Source of the DNA: Eubacteriales bacterium
GTDB taxonomy: Bacteria > Bacillota > Clostridia > Oscillospirales > CAG-272
Assembly: GCA_045123255.1 (NCBI GenBank)
Contig: JBGVIN010000023.1
Location: 7,247 to 71,246, forward strand
Reading direction: 5' to 3'
DNA length: 64,000 nt
This document shows, piece after piece, positions 18,959-27,653 of the stretch (position 1 is the stretch's first letter; each line of letters begins with the position of its first letter). Made by a program: the position numbers and the translations under genes. Under the pieces are notes generated by a model that was not told where the DNA came from, ran no database searches, and saw nothing but the letters and a program-made list of their open reading frames with translations.

Positions 18959-19918
18959 ATGAATATTGAAATTTGCAAATACAAAAACGGTGCGCCCTGT
19001 GCCTTTTCGTTTACCTTTGACGACGGATGCTACTATGATTCTACCTGTGAGGTTATCGAGAAATTTGAGGACGTGTACGAAAAGACGGGTGTTAAAATTA
19101 AAGCAACCGTTGGAATTACCGTTGGCTTTATGCACGAGCGCTTAATAAATATGTGGAAGGACGCTATTTCCAAGGACTATTTTGATATAGCATCACACAC
19201 AATAGGACACGACGTTGCGTTTTGCTCCGAAACACCTTATGAAAAGAGAAAGGGCGATGCCGAGGGCGCACAGTTAAAGCTGCGTGAGATGTTCCCGGGA
19301 CAGGACGTTAAGACGTTTATTTTTGCAGGCGGTGCGCGCGACGAGGAAGGAACGAAGCCGCTTGATGAGCATTATATCGCTTGCCGTGCGGGCGAACACG
19401 GTGTAAACCAACCCGGTAAAATTGATTGGCTCGACGTTAACTGTCTTACAGCTAAGCTTGCTATGGACTTAGATTATTACAAGGATTATATCGACCAAAC
19501 GGTTAGCGAATGTGGCTGGGGCGTTCAAATGAACCACTGGATTACCCACAAGACAGAGGACGTTCACCACTCACAAAACGCGGAGCAATTTAAGGTTGAA
19601 TGTGACTATCTTGCTAAAAAAGCTCAGGGTGGCAAAATTTGGACAGGCTCGTTTGAGGAGGTTGCCTCGTACATTAGAAAATATGAAAACAGCACGCTTT
19701 CAGTTAGTGAGGAAAACGGAAAATTAAAGGTGGAAATTCTTACAAATAGCGACACTCCGTCAGCTATTTTAGACACTCCCCTCACTATTTCCATTGAAAG
19801 TGAGTCAGATATTTTGGTTTACAGCGAAAACGAAGATACCAAGCGCGTATCTCCAAATAAAGACGGCAAAATTTACTTAGACGTGGTAAAATCCGTTATT
19901 TTCGAGCCTATTAAATAA
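18959..19918 (+). CDS. Polysaccharide deacetylase (CE4)-like protein, no signal peptide
   Basis: FTFDDG and ASHTIGHD motifs. Confidence 0.7.
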   Translation: MNIEICKYKNGAPCAFSFTFDDGCYYDSTCEVIEKFEDVYEKTGVKIKATVGITVGFMHERLINMWKDAISKDYFDIASHTIGHDVAFCSETPYEKRKGDAEGAQLKLREMFPGQDVKTFIFAGGARDEEGTKPLDEHYIACRAGEHGVNQPGKIDWLDVNCLTAKLAMDLDYYKDYIDQTVSECGWGVQMNHWITHKTEDVHHSQNAEQFKVECDYLAKKAQGGKIWTGSFEEVASYIRKYENSTLSVSEENGKLKVEILTNSDTPSAILDTPLTISIESESDILVYSENEDTKRVSPNKDGKIYLDVVKSVIFEPIK

Positions 19919-19924
19919 TCTTTT

Positions 19925-19959
19925 AATCCCTCTTTGGTTACTCCAAGGAGGGATTTTTT
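19925..19959 (+). terminator. Terminator of the CE4 gene
   Basis: aatccctc...gagggatt followed by ttttt. Confidence 0.75.
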
Positions 19960-19979
19960 ATAAGGGATGGCAACACAAC

Positions 19980-20048
19980 CGCGAAGCGACTTAATCCACC
20001 AAAGGCGGACTTAATCCATTTATGGACTTCATCGCGTAAGCGATTTCA
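19980..20048 (+). repeat. Hairpin/linker array A (linkers ACTTAAT, ACTTAAT, ACTTCAT, ATTTCAT)
   Basis: The hairpins cgcGAAgcg, ccaccAAAggcgg, ccatTTatgg and cgcGTAAgcg are each followed by a 7-nt linker. Confidence 0.7.
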
Positions 20049-20174
20049 TTTTCCATTATCCCCCTCCCGTTTGTTTGGTACGTACCGTTTGGGCGGGAGG
20101 CAGGTTGCCTCCCCTACAAGGTGCCGAACATTCCCCCTTGTCATTCCGAGCCTGTCGAGAAATCTCAAAGCGGA

Positions 20175-20406
20175 CAACCAATGGTTGCCCCTATATCCAT
20201 CAACCGCAGGTTGCATATCATCACACATAGTGTGCATATCACCAATGCAAAGCATTGTATATCATCACCGCAGGTGTATATCATCAAGGCATTCGCCTTG
20301 TATGTTCCTCACGCACCATAGGTGCATATCACGTGGCTGAGCCACATATCACGCCTTGCTTACAAGGTTATATCACGTGCCCACGCACATATCACGTCCG
20401 CAGGAC
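20175..20406 (+). repeat. Hairpin/linker array B (11 hairpins, linker [CT]ATATCA[CT])
   Basis: The 11 hairpins are caaccAATggttg, caaccGCAggttg, cacacATAgtgtg, caatgcAAAgcattg, caccGCAggtg, aaggcATTCgcctt, gcaccATAggtgc, gtggcTGAgccac, ccttgCTTAcaagg, gtgcCCACgcac and gtccGCAggac. They are separated by catatcat, catatcac, tatatcat and atatcac linkers. Confidence 0.8.
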
Positions 20407-20530
20407 ATAAAGTCCTCTTTTGTGTTGGTTTTATGAAAATTTAATTTTTTTATAAAAAGGTCTTTTATTTTAGAAAAATGTGTGCTATAATAGGCACGCT
20501 AAATTTTTTATTATATTAAGGACGGATGAA

Positions 20531-22351
20531 ATGCTTAGAGAAGATTTAAGAAACGTTGCAATCATTGCCCACGTTGACCACGGAAAAACAACCCTCGTTG
20601 ACGGCCTTTTGGAGCAGGGCGGCGCATACCACGAAAATCAATCCACTACCGACCGTGTAATGGACTCAAACGCACTCGAAAAGGAGCGCGGCATTACTAT
20701 CTTGGCAAAAAATACAGCTATTCGCTACGGCGATAAGAAAATAAACGTAATTGACACCCCCGGCCACGCGGACTTTGGCGGTGAGGTTGAAAGAATTCTC
20801 AAAATGGTTAACGGCGTTATTTTGCTCGTTGACGCGGCAGAGGGTCCTATGCCTCAAACTCGCTTCGTGCTTCGCAAGGCTATGGAATTAAATCACAGAA
20901 TTATCGTTGTTGTTAATAAGATTGACCGCCCCGACGCTCGTGTGCACGAGGTTATCGACGAGGTTTTGGAGCTTCTTATCGACTTAAACGCAACGGACGA
21001 GCAGCTTGACTCACCTATGCTTTTCTGCTCGGGCAGAGCAGGCACAGCATCCTTCTCACCTGACGTAGAGGGCAAGGACTTAAAGCCGCTTCTTGATACT
21101 ATCATCGACTATATTCCCGAGCCTGAGGGAGAAGAGGACGAGGATTTACAGCTTCTCGTTTCCGCGATAGACTATAACGAATACGTTGGTAAGATCGGTA
21201 TCGGTAGAATTGAGCGCGGTACGTTGAAGGTAAACCAAGAGGTTTCCGTTTGTAACTACCACTCAGATGCTTCACCTAAGCGTGCAAAAATTGTTTCAAT
21301 CTATCAGTTTGAGGGTCTTTCACGTCAACCCGCAACAAGCGCAACGGTTGGTGATATCGTTTGCTTTGCAGGTGTTGAGGACCTTTCAATCGGTGATACG
21401 CTTTGCTCGGTTAATAACCCTGAGCCACTTGAATTTGTTAAGGTTTCCGAGCCGACAATGGAAATGACGTTTAGTGTAAACGATAGCCCATTTGCAGGCA
21501 AGGAGGGTAAGTTTGTTACCTCACGTCAAATCCGCGACCGTCTTTATAAGGAAACACTTAAGGACGTTTCACTCCGTGTAACTGACGGCGACACAACCGA
21601 CTCATTTAAGGTTGCGGGCAGAGGCGAAATGCACTTATCAATTCTTATCGAAACAATGCGCCGCGAGGGCTACGAGCTTTGCTGCTCAACTCCGCGTGTG
21701 CTTTATAAGACAATTGACGGCACACTTCACGAGCCGATGGAAAGAGTTTCAATTGACGTTCCAGATGAAAGCGTTGGCGCAGTCGTTCAAAAGCTCGGCT
21801 CTCGTAAGGGTGAGCTGCTTGAAATGAATAAGGCAGGCACAAGAACACGTCTTGAATATTTAATTCCGTCAAGATGCTTATTCGGTTACAGAAGTGAATT
21901 TATGACCGACACCAAGGGTGAGGGTATTCTCAACACCTTGTTTGACGGCTATCAACCCTTCAAGGGCGACGTTATCACAAGATACACAGGCTCACTTATC
22001 GCATCAGAGGACGGCGAGGCAACCTCATACGGTCTTTTCAATACACAGGACAGAGGTGCTATGTTTATCGGCGTTCAAACTCCTGTTTACGAGGGAATGA
22101 TCGTTGGTGAATGTCCAAAAATGGAGGATATCGTTGTTAACGTTTGTAAGAAAAAGCACTTAACCGCTATTCGTTCAAAGGGTGCGGACGAGGCTCTTAT
22201 CTTAACTCCACCAAGACAAATGTCACTTGAACAGGCAATTGAGTATATTGCTGAGGACGAGCTTATTGAGGTTACTCCAAAGTCACTTCGTTTAAGAAAG
22301 AAAATTCTTAATACTCAATTAAGATTAAAGGCATACGCAAAATTGAAATAA
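20531..22351 (+). CDS. typA: Translational GTPase TypA/BipA
   Basis: RNVAIIAHVDHGKTTLVD, DTPGHADFGGEVER and NKIDR motifs. Trimmed to the ATG at 20531. Confidence 0.93.
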   Translation: MLREDLRNVAIIAHVDHGKTTLVDGLLEQGGAYHENQSTTDRVMDSNALEKERGITILAKNTAIRYGDKKINVIDTPGHADFGGEVERILKMVNGVILLVDAAEGPMPQTRFVLRKAMELNHRIIVVVNKIDRPDARVHEVIDEVLELLIDLNATDEQLDSPMLFCSGRAGTASFSPDVEGKDLKPLLDTIIDYIPEPEGEEDEDLQLLVSAIDYNEYVGKIGIGRIERGTLKVNQEVSVCNYHSDASPKRAKIVSIYQFEGLSRQPATSATVGDIVCFAGVEDLSIGDTLCSVNNPEPLEFVKVSEPTMEMTFSVNDSPFAGKEGKFVTSRQIRDRLYKETLKDVSLRVTDGDTTDSFKVAGRGEMHLSILIETMRREGYELCCSTPRVLYKTIDGTLHEPMERVSIDVPDESVGAVVQKLGSRKGELLEMNKAGTRTRLEYLIPSRCLFGYRSEFMTDTKGEGILNTLFDGYQPFKGDVITRYTGSLIASEDGEATSYGLFNTQDRGAMFIGVQTPVYEGMIVGECPKMEDIVVNVCKKKHLTAIRSKGADEALILTPPRQMSLEQAIEYIAEDELIEVTPKSLRLRKKILNTQLRLKAYAKLK

Positions 22352-22356
22352 TTTCG

Positions 22357-22389
22357 ACACAGGCAAGGAAATATCTTTGCCTGTGTTTC
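22357..22389 (+). terminator. Probable terminator of typA
   Basis: acacaggcaa-(loop)-ttgcctgtgt followed by a short T tract. Confidence 0.55.
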
Positions 22390-22416
22390 ACAAATAACTT
22401 AAAAAGGTTTTATAAA

Positions 22417-23661
22417 ATGTTTTCAGAAAAATTACTTAAAATTGCAAGTGAGGCAGAGGCAGCGCTTAGCGATATTTATAAAAAGATAGACGAAATTTCA
22501 TATAAAAACACCGCGCGCGTGCTTGAATTTTTCCGTGAAAATAGAGTTAGCGACAGTATGTTTTCGGGCACAACAGGCTACGGCTACGACGATATCGGCA
22601 GAGACACACTTGATAAGGTTTACGCCGACGTTTTCGGTGCAGAGGCAGCGTTTGTGCGCCACACAATTCCAAACGGCACAACCGCGCTTACAATAGGTCT
22701 TTTCGGCTTACTCCGTCCAAACGACGTGCTTCTTTCCGTAACCAACGAGCCGTACGATACGCTTTGTGAGGTTATTGGCTTAAAGGGTGCAAACGGTGAC
22801 GGCTCACTTGCCGACTTTGGCGTATCCTACGACCAAGTAAACTTTAAGGACGAAAAAATTGACTTTGAGGAAATTGAAAAGAAGCTAAACGAATACGGAA
22901 GCCGCGTTAAGGTTGTGTTTATTCAACGCTCAAAGGGATATCTTAACCGTCCGACGCTTACAATTGACCAAATCGGCGAAATTTGTGACTTCGTTCACAA
23001 AAGAAGCGGCGCATACGTTGTGGTTGACAACTGCTACGGCGAGTTTTGCGAAACACGCGAGCCAACACACGTTGGTGCAGATATGATTATCGGCTCACTT
23101 ATCAAAAATCCGGGTGGCGGAATTGCAGAAAGTGGCGGCTATATTGCAGGCACGAAAAGAGCAGTTGAGCTTGCCTCATACCGCTTAACCTCTGTTGGCA
23201 CAGGCTGTGAGGTTGGTGCTTCCCTTGGTCAAAACAGAAATCTTTTCAAGGGATTTTTCCTCGCCCCTCACGTTGTTGCACAGGCAATAAAGACCGCACA
23301 TTTTGCCGCATACGTGCTTGAAGCACTCGGCTTTGACGTTTACCCAAAATATAACGAAATGCGCTCTGATATAATCCAAACGGTTAAGTTTGGTTATGCG
23401 GACGGACTTATAAAATTTTGTCAAGGAATTCAAGCCGCAAGCCCCGTTGACTCATACGTTACTCCTATGCCGTGGGCAATGCCAGGCTATCAGGACGAGG
23501 TAATTATGGCGGCAGGCGCGTTTACACAAGGCTCATCAATTGAGCTTTCCTGTGATGGCCCTGTGCGCCCACCGTACACCGCATTTTTCCAAGGCTCACT
23601 AACCTACGAAAGCGGAAAATTAGCAATTTTAAGCGCAGCTGAAAAGCTTATTAACGAATAA
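22417..23661 (+). CDS. PLP-dependent methionine gamma-lyase-family protein (YnbB / aluminium-resistance-like)
   Basis: N-terminus ...FRENRVSDSMFSGTTGYGYDDIGRDTLDKVYADVFGAEAA is typical of the YnbB family. Length is 414 aa. Confidence 0.78.
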   Translation: MFSEKLLKIASEAEAALSDIYKKIDEISYKNTARVLEFFRENRVSDSMFSGTTGYGYDDIGRDTLDKVYADVFGAEAAFVRHTIPNGTTALTIGLFGLLRPNDVLLSVTNEPYDTLCEVIGLKGANGDGSLADFGVSYDQVNFKDEKIDFEEIEKKLNEYGSRVKVVFIQRSKGYLNRPTLTIDQIGEICDFVHKRSGAYVVVDNCYGEFCETREPTHVGADMIIGSLIKNPGGGIAESGGYIAGTKRAVELASYRLTSVGTGCEVGASLGQNRNLFKGFFLAPHVVAQAIKTAHFAAYVLEALGFDVYPKYNEMRSDIIQTVKFGYADGLIKFCQGIQAASPVDSYVTPMPWAMPGYQDEVIMAAGAFTQGSSIELSCDGPVRPPYTAFFQGSLTYESGKLAILSAAEKLINE

Positions 23662-23668
23662 TTTTTCG

Positions 23669-23715
23669 CCTTCCCTAGCAGGGAAGGGGGACCACGACAG
23701 TGGTGGATGAGTAGA
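23669..23715. repeat. Left terminal inverted repeat of the DUF559 cassette
   Basis: ccttccctagcagggaagg ... gatgagtaga. The reverse complement of 24114..24158 matches it at the outer 19 nt and inner 10 nt. Confidence 0.75.
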
Positions 23716-23732
23716 TAATTTAATAAATAGCA

Positions 23733-24101
23733 ATGAGTTATAAGTATGATAAAAACCTTGTTCCTTTTGCACGAGATTTAAGAAAAAATATGACGCCCGA
23801 GGAAAAACACCTTTGGTATGACTTTCTTAAAAAGCTACCAATCACCGTCAACCGTCAAAAAAATATCGGTAATTATATTGTTGATTTTTTTATTTCGACA
23901 AAAAATATAGCCATTGAGCTTGATGGAAAAGGGCACGGCGAAAAGGAACAGCTTGAAAAAGACAAGGCTCGCGACGAGGAATTATATAAAATCGGCATTA
24001 CGGTTTTGCGGTATCAAAACACAGAAATAAACAAAAATTTTAATGGAGTATGCAGAGATATTTTAAGTAAGCTCGAAATAAAGGAAGAAAGCTTGAAATA
24101 A
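23733..24101 (+). CDS. DUF559 (Vsr-like endonuclease fold) protein
   Basis: ARDLRKNMTPEEKHLWYDFLKKLPITVNRQKNIGNYIVDFF...IELDG, a typical DUF559 N-terminus and core. Confidence 0.8.
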   Translation: MSYKYDKNLVPFARDLRKNMTPEEKHLWYDFLKKLPITVNRQKNIGNYIVDFFISTKNIAIELDGKGHGEKEQLEKDKARDEELYKIGITVLRYQNTEINKNFNGVCRDILSKLEIKEESLK

Positions 24102-24113
24102 CTCTTTTAGTGT

Positions 24114-24158
24114 TCTACTCATCCGTCGGCAAGCCGACACCTTCCCTGCTAGGGAAGG
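24114..24158. repeat. Right terminal inverted repeat of the DUF559 cassette
   Basis: tctactcatc ... ccttccctgctagggaagg. The loop tgcta is the reverse complement of the left-copy loop tagca. Confidence 0.75.
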
Positions 24159-24185
24159 CAAGAAGTAAGCACTATTGTTTAATCT

Positions 24186-24668
24186 ATGCTAAACGTAAAA
24201 ATTATTGCAACGGGAAACTTAAAGGAAAGCTACCTTCGTTCGGCGGCGGACGAATACAAAAAGCGACTTGGCGCGTGGGCAAGGGTAGAGGAAATTGAAT
24301 TAAAGGAAGAAAAGCTGCCCGAAAATCCAAGCCAAAGCCAAATTGACTTAGCGCTTGAAAAGGAAGCTAAAGCAATTTTTGAAAAAATTTCAAATAAATC
24401 GTACGTTATTGCTATGTGCGTTGAGGGCAAGCAGCTTTCAAGCGAGGAGCTTGCCGCAAAAATAAACGAGATAACGACGCTCGGCAAGAGCGAAATTTGC
24501 TTCATCATCGGCTCGTCCTTTGGTCTTGCCCCATCGGTAAAGCAAAGGGCGGACTACAAGCTGTCAATTTCAAAATTGACGTTTCCGCATCAGCTGCTTC
24601 GCGTTATTTTATACGAAACAACATACCGTTCACTCTCTATTGTAAACGGTACGAAGTATCATAAATAA
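24186..24668 (+). CDS. rlmH: 23S rRNA (pseudouridine1915-N3)-methyltransferase
   Basis: A 160-aa SPOUT protein with MLNVKIIATGNLKESYL...FIIGSSFGL...LSISKLTFPHQL. Confidence 0.9.
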   Translation: MLNVKIIATGNLKESYLRSAADEYKKRLGAWARVEEIELKEEKLPENPSQSQIDLALEKEAKAIFEKISNKSYVIAMCVEGKQLSSEELAAKINEITTLGKSEICFIIGSSFGLAPSVKQRADYKLSISKLTFPHQLLRVILYETTYRSLSIVNGTKYHK

Positions 24669-24710
24669 GATAGAACCACTGTTAGGTGTATGAGAAAGGA
24701 GTAACTAACT

Positions 24711-26588
24711 ATGTCTTATAATATTGACGTTGCCGTTGTCGGCGCAGGACACGCGGGAATTGAAGCCGCACTTGCAAGCGCAAGAATGGGACTTAACACG
24801 GTTTTATTTACAATGTCACTTGATGCCGTTGCAAATTTACCCTGTAACCCGTCGATTGGCGGCACAGCCAAGGGTCATTTGGTTTACGAAATTGATGCAC
24901 TCGGCGGTGAAATGGGAAAAAGCGCGGATTTGGTTACTTTGCAAGCAAGAACCTTAAATCTCGGCAAGGGTGCGGCGGTTTATTCAAAGAGAATTCAAGC
25001 CGACCGTATGAAATACCGCTCTATTATGAAGGGCGTACTTGAAAATACACCAAACTTACGCCTCGTTCAAGCGGAAATTTGCGATATAAAAACCGTTTCA
25101 GACGGTGAGGGTAAGCGTATTGACAGTGTTATAACAAGACTTGGCGAGGAATATAAATGCCGTGCGGCTATTTTATCTACAGGCACTTACTTAAACGCCA
25201 CGGTGCATACAGGCGATATTTGCTATCATAGCGGTCCTGACTCACTTATGCACGCTTCATTTTTAACAGATGCACTCCTTCGCGAGGGCATTGCAATGAT
25301 GCGCTTTAAGACAGGCACGCCTGCAAGAATTCACGCAGACTCAATTGACTACTCGCGTCTTGAAATTCAAGAGGGCGAGGAAGGCTCGTTCCCGTTTTCT
25401 TGGCAAACAAGCGAGGAAAATTATCCTATCAAGGAGCAGGTGCCCTGCTACATAGCATACACAAACTTAAATACACACGAAATTATAAAAAATAACCTAA
25501 AAAGAAGCGCGATGTACTCGGGAAATATTCACGGTACAGGTCCGCGCTATTGCCCCTCAATTGAGGACAAAATAGTGCGCTTTGCAGATAAGGAGCGCCA
25601 CCAACTGTTCCTTGAGCCAACGGGTGCTGATACGAAGGAAATGTATCTTCAGGGCTTTTCAACCTCGATGCCAATCGAGGTACAAATGGAAATGCTACAT
25701 TCGCTCAGCGGCTTTGAAAATGCGGTTGTTATGAGATACGCATATGCAATAGAGTACGATTGTACAGACCCACAGGAGCTGCTTGCCACACTTGAATACA
25801 AGAAAATTTCGGGTCTTTACGGCGCAGGACAGTTTAACGGCACCTCGGGCTATGAGGAGGCGGCAGCGCAGGGACTTGTCGCAGGAATTAACGCCGCTCT
25901 GAAAATAAAAGGACGCGAGCCGATGATTTTACCGCGCTCCTCGTCCTATATCGGCACGCTTATTGACGACCTTGTAACAAAGGGCACGCACGAGCCGTAC
26001 CGTATGATGACCTCACGCAGTGAATACCGCTTGCTCCTTCGTCAGGACAACGCCGACCTTCGTTTAACTCCGATTGGTCGCGAGGTTGGACTTGTAAGTG
26101 ACTCTCAATGGGCGCATTTTGAAAAGCGCAGAAACCAAATTAACGACGAAAAGAACCGTCTTGCAAAGGTTATAATTCACCCAACAGACGAAGTAAACAA
26201 GATAATTGAAGCGTCGGGAACAACACCTATTTCAACTCCGATTTCACTTGCCGACCTTATAAAAAGACCTCAGCTTGACCTTAGTATGTTTGAAAACTTA
26301 GACACAGGTAGGGCTAATTTGCCAAAAAGCGTAGTTTTCACCGCACAAACGGACATAAAATACGACGGCTACGTAAGAAAGCAATTAAACGAGGTTGCAA
26401 GGGCAGAAAAGATGGAAGCAAAGCCACTTGACCCCGACCTTGACTATTCAACCGTCAAGGGTCTACGCATTGAAGCGGTTCAAAAATTAAATAAGGTAAA
26501 GCCGCTCACCCTCGGTCAAGCATCACGCATTTCAGGCGTATCTCCTGCCGATATTTCAGTGCTTATTATTTATCTTTCAACTAAATAA
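24711..26588 (+). CDS. mnmG: tRNA uridine 5-carboxymethylaminomethyl modification enzyme MnmG (GidA)
   Basis: DVAVVGAGHAGIEAALASARMG, GPRYCPSIEDK and a C-terminal GQASRISGVSPADISVL segment. Confidence 0.95.
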   Translation: MSYNIDVAVVGAGHAGIEAALASARMGLNTVLFTMSLDAVANLPCNPSIGGTAKGHLVYEIDALGGEMGKSADLVTLQARTLNLGKGAAVYSKRIQADRMKYRSIMKGVLENTPNLRLVQAEICDIKTVSDGEGKRIDSVITRLGEEYKCRAAILSTGTYLNATVHTGDICYHSGPDSLMHASFLTDALLREGIAMMRFKTGTPARIHADSIDYSRLEIQEGEEGSFPFSWQTSEENYPIKEQVPCYIAYTNLNTHEIIKNNLKRSAMYSGNIHGTGPRYCPSIEDKIVRFADKERHQLFLEPTGADTKEMYLQGFSTSMPIEVQMEMLHSLSGFENAVVMRYAYAIEYDCTDPQELLATLEYKKISGLYGAGQFNGTSGYEEAAAQGLVAGINAALKIKGREPMILPRSSSYIGTLIDDLVTKGTHEPYRMMTSRSEYRLLLRQDNADLRLTPIGREVGLVSDSQWAHFEKRRNQINDEKNRLAKVIIHPTDEVNKIIEASGTTPISTPISLADLIKRPQLDLSMFENLDTGRANLPKSVVFTAQTDIKYDGYVRKQLNEVARAEKMEAKPLDPDLDYSTVKGLRIEAVQKLNKVKPLTLGQASRISGVSPADISVLIIYLSTK

Positions 26589-26717
26589 TTTAAGGGGCTG
26601 TTGCAATAAGAACCTGCTACGCAGAACCTTGTTACTTGCGTAATAAGCACAGAACAAAAACAGACACATTCTCGTCTAAAACCATAATATATATTGATTT
26701 CAAAGCGGTTTATTGTT

Positions 26718-26754
26718 GAGAACTTGCAAAAATTGCAAGTTCTCTTCATTTTTT
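26718..26754 (+). terminator. Strong terminator downstream of mnmG
   Basis: gagaacttgcaa-aaa-ttgcaagttctc followed by ttcatttttt. Confidence 0.8.
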
Positions 26755-26985
26755 GTGTCTGTTTTTTAGACGCGACCTCGCACGCCCCAAGGGCTCCCGT
26801 TAAAATCTGTCAAGATTTTTGGGAATGGGCTTGCCGTACTAAGTACGCCCACGCGAACCCCCAAACCTCATTCTTCGGTTTTAGGAACCCCTATACGTGT
26901 ACGAGTTCACGCCTCCCCGAGGGTTCCTTGAAATTGAGTGCAATTTCAGGGAGTGGGTCAACACTCATTTCACTATCCCCTACTA
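26755..26985. other. GC-rich non-coding island with dense local hairpins (candidate structured RNA, unassigned)
   Basis: The only ORF is TTG-initiated, lacks an RBS and has odd composition. Stems include ggaaccc...gggttcc (enclosing about 30 nt), cgtacTAAgtacg, gagtgGGTCAAcactc and an imperfect ccttgaaatt...aatttcaggg pairing. The island is bounded by terminators at 26718 and 26985. Confidence 0.3.
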
Positions 26986-27020
26986 AAAAGAGGCGTCGCT
27001 AATGCGACAGCCTCTTTTTT
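26985..27020. terminator. Bidirectional terminator
   Basis: aaaaagaggc-gtcgctaatgcgac-agcctctttttt. Confidence 0.8.
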
Positions 27021-27288
27021 AATCGCTTTTTAACAGTTCAATAGCAAAATTAAAACCTAAGCGGAAGGAATATTCAAACATTTCCTTTTCATTTAATGCA
27101 ATTATATCTAAATTACACTCCTCATAATTTTCAAACAACTCAATTTGCTTCTTATTAAAGTCAGTAGTAATTTTGTCATATAAATCGCTTCTTTTTTTAA
27201 CAAGCTCCTTTTTTTCTTTCGTATTTTTGTAATAATCAGAGCAAGGATTTATATTTCCGTACCATAATTCTTCTAAAATTTTATTCAT
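27019..27288 (-). CDS. Small helical hypothetical protein (89 aa), paralog of 12697..12966
   Basis: The ORF is trimmed from the GTG at 27330 to the ATG at 27288 (AAAGGA upstream). The protein starts MNKILEELWYGNINP. It is divergent from an XRE gene. Confidence 0.55.
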   Translation of the reverse strand: MNKILEELWYGNINPCSDYYKNTKEKKELVKKRSDLYDKITTDFNKKQIELFENYEECNLDIIALNEKEMFEYSFRLGFNFAIELLKSD

Positions 27289-27323
27289 TTTTCTTGTCCT
27301 TTCTTTTTCACTGTTTTTATTAT

Positions 27324-27339
27324 AGTTCACTTATGAACT
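27324..27339. promoter_or_regulatory. Candidate operator palindrome AGTTCA-N4-TGAACT
   Basis: A perfect 6-4-6 palindrome lies in the divergent region. A further AGTTCA half-site lies about 30 nt downstream. Confidence 0.35.
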
Positions 27340-27419
27340 AATTTCAAGTGTATTTAGTTCATTTATGATATAATCTACATATTGAACAAAATATATGCCT
27401 GAAGGAGATTTTGTAAATT

Positions 27420-27641
27420 ATGCAATATTCACAAAGATTAAAGGATTTAAGAGAAGATAGTGATTTAAGCCAAGAAGCAGTTGCTAAAATTTTATGTACA
27501 AGTCAGTCATACTATGCTCAATATGAAAACGGAAAAAGAGAGCTTCCATTTAGCCGAGCAATTATTCTTGCTAAATTCTATAACGTTTCGCTTGATTATA
27601 TTGCAGGAATTACAAGCATTCCAAAAAAACTTAATAAATGA
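27420..27641 (+). CDS. XRE-family helix-turn-helix regulator (73 aa)
   Basis: MQYSQRLKDLREDSDLSQEAVAKILCTSQSYYAQYENG...SLDYIAGITSIPKKL. It is a paralog of the 13101 and 13343 genes. Confidence 0.8.
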   Translation: MQYSQRLKDLREDSDLSQEAVAKILCTSQSYYAQYENGKRELPFSRAIILAKFYNVSLDYIAGITSIPKKLNK

Positions 27642-27653
27642 TTTGGTGATACT

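Noticed and set aside
20071-20340. Track ORFs 20071..20340 and 20121..20321 (and 20046..20255 on the minus strand) as genes, or as repeat-peptide/RiPP precursors.
   Set aside because: They lie entirely inside the hairpin/linker array. Unit lengths (19-24 nt) are not multiples of three, so the apparent peptide repeats drift between frames. There is no RBS.
20175-20406. Possible CRISPR array, given regularly spaced repeats with variable intervening sequence (the same applies to 51527-51705, 52444-52645 and 59360-59543).
   Set aside because: The conserved element is only 7-8 nt and the variable element 9-16 nt, and the variable element is itself palindromic. CRISPR repeats are about 24-37 nt or longer with spacers of similar size, and no cas genes are present.
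24110-24298. 62-aa ORF overlapping the right inverted repeat and the rlmH start.
   Set aside because: It has no RBS, overlaps rlmH in another frame, and begins inside the repeat hairpins.
26593-26660. A tmRNA 5' end, because of GGGGCTG right after mnmG.
   Set aside because: No GGAUUCGAC-type continuation, no tag reading frame, and no tRNA-like 3' end (GGTTCGA...CCACCA) anywhere downstream.
26694-27002. 102-aa ORF as a protein-coding gene.
   Set aside because: It has a TTG start and no RBS, spans a terminator hairpin, and has odd Arg/Ser/Pro/Cys-rich composition. The region is better explained as non-coding structured sequence.
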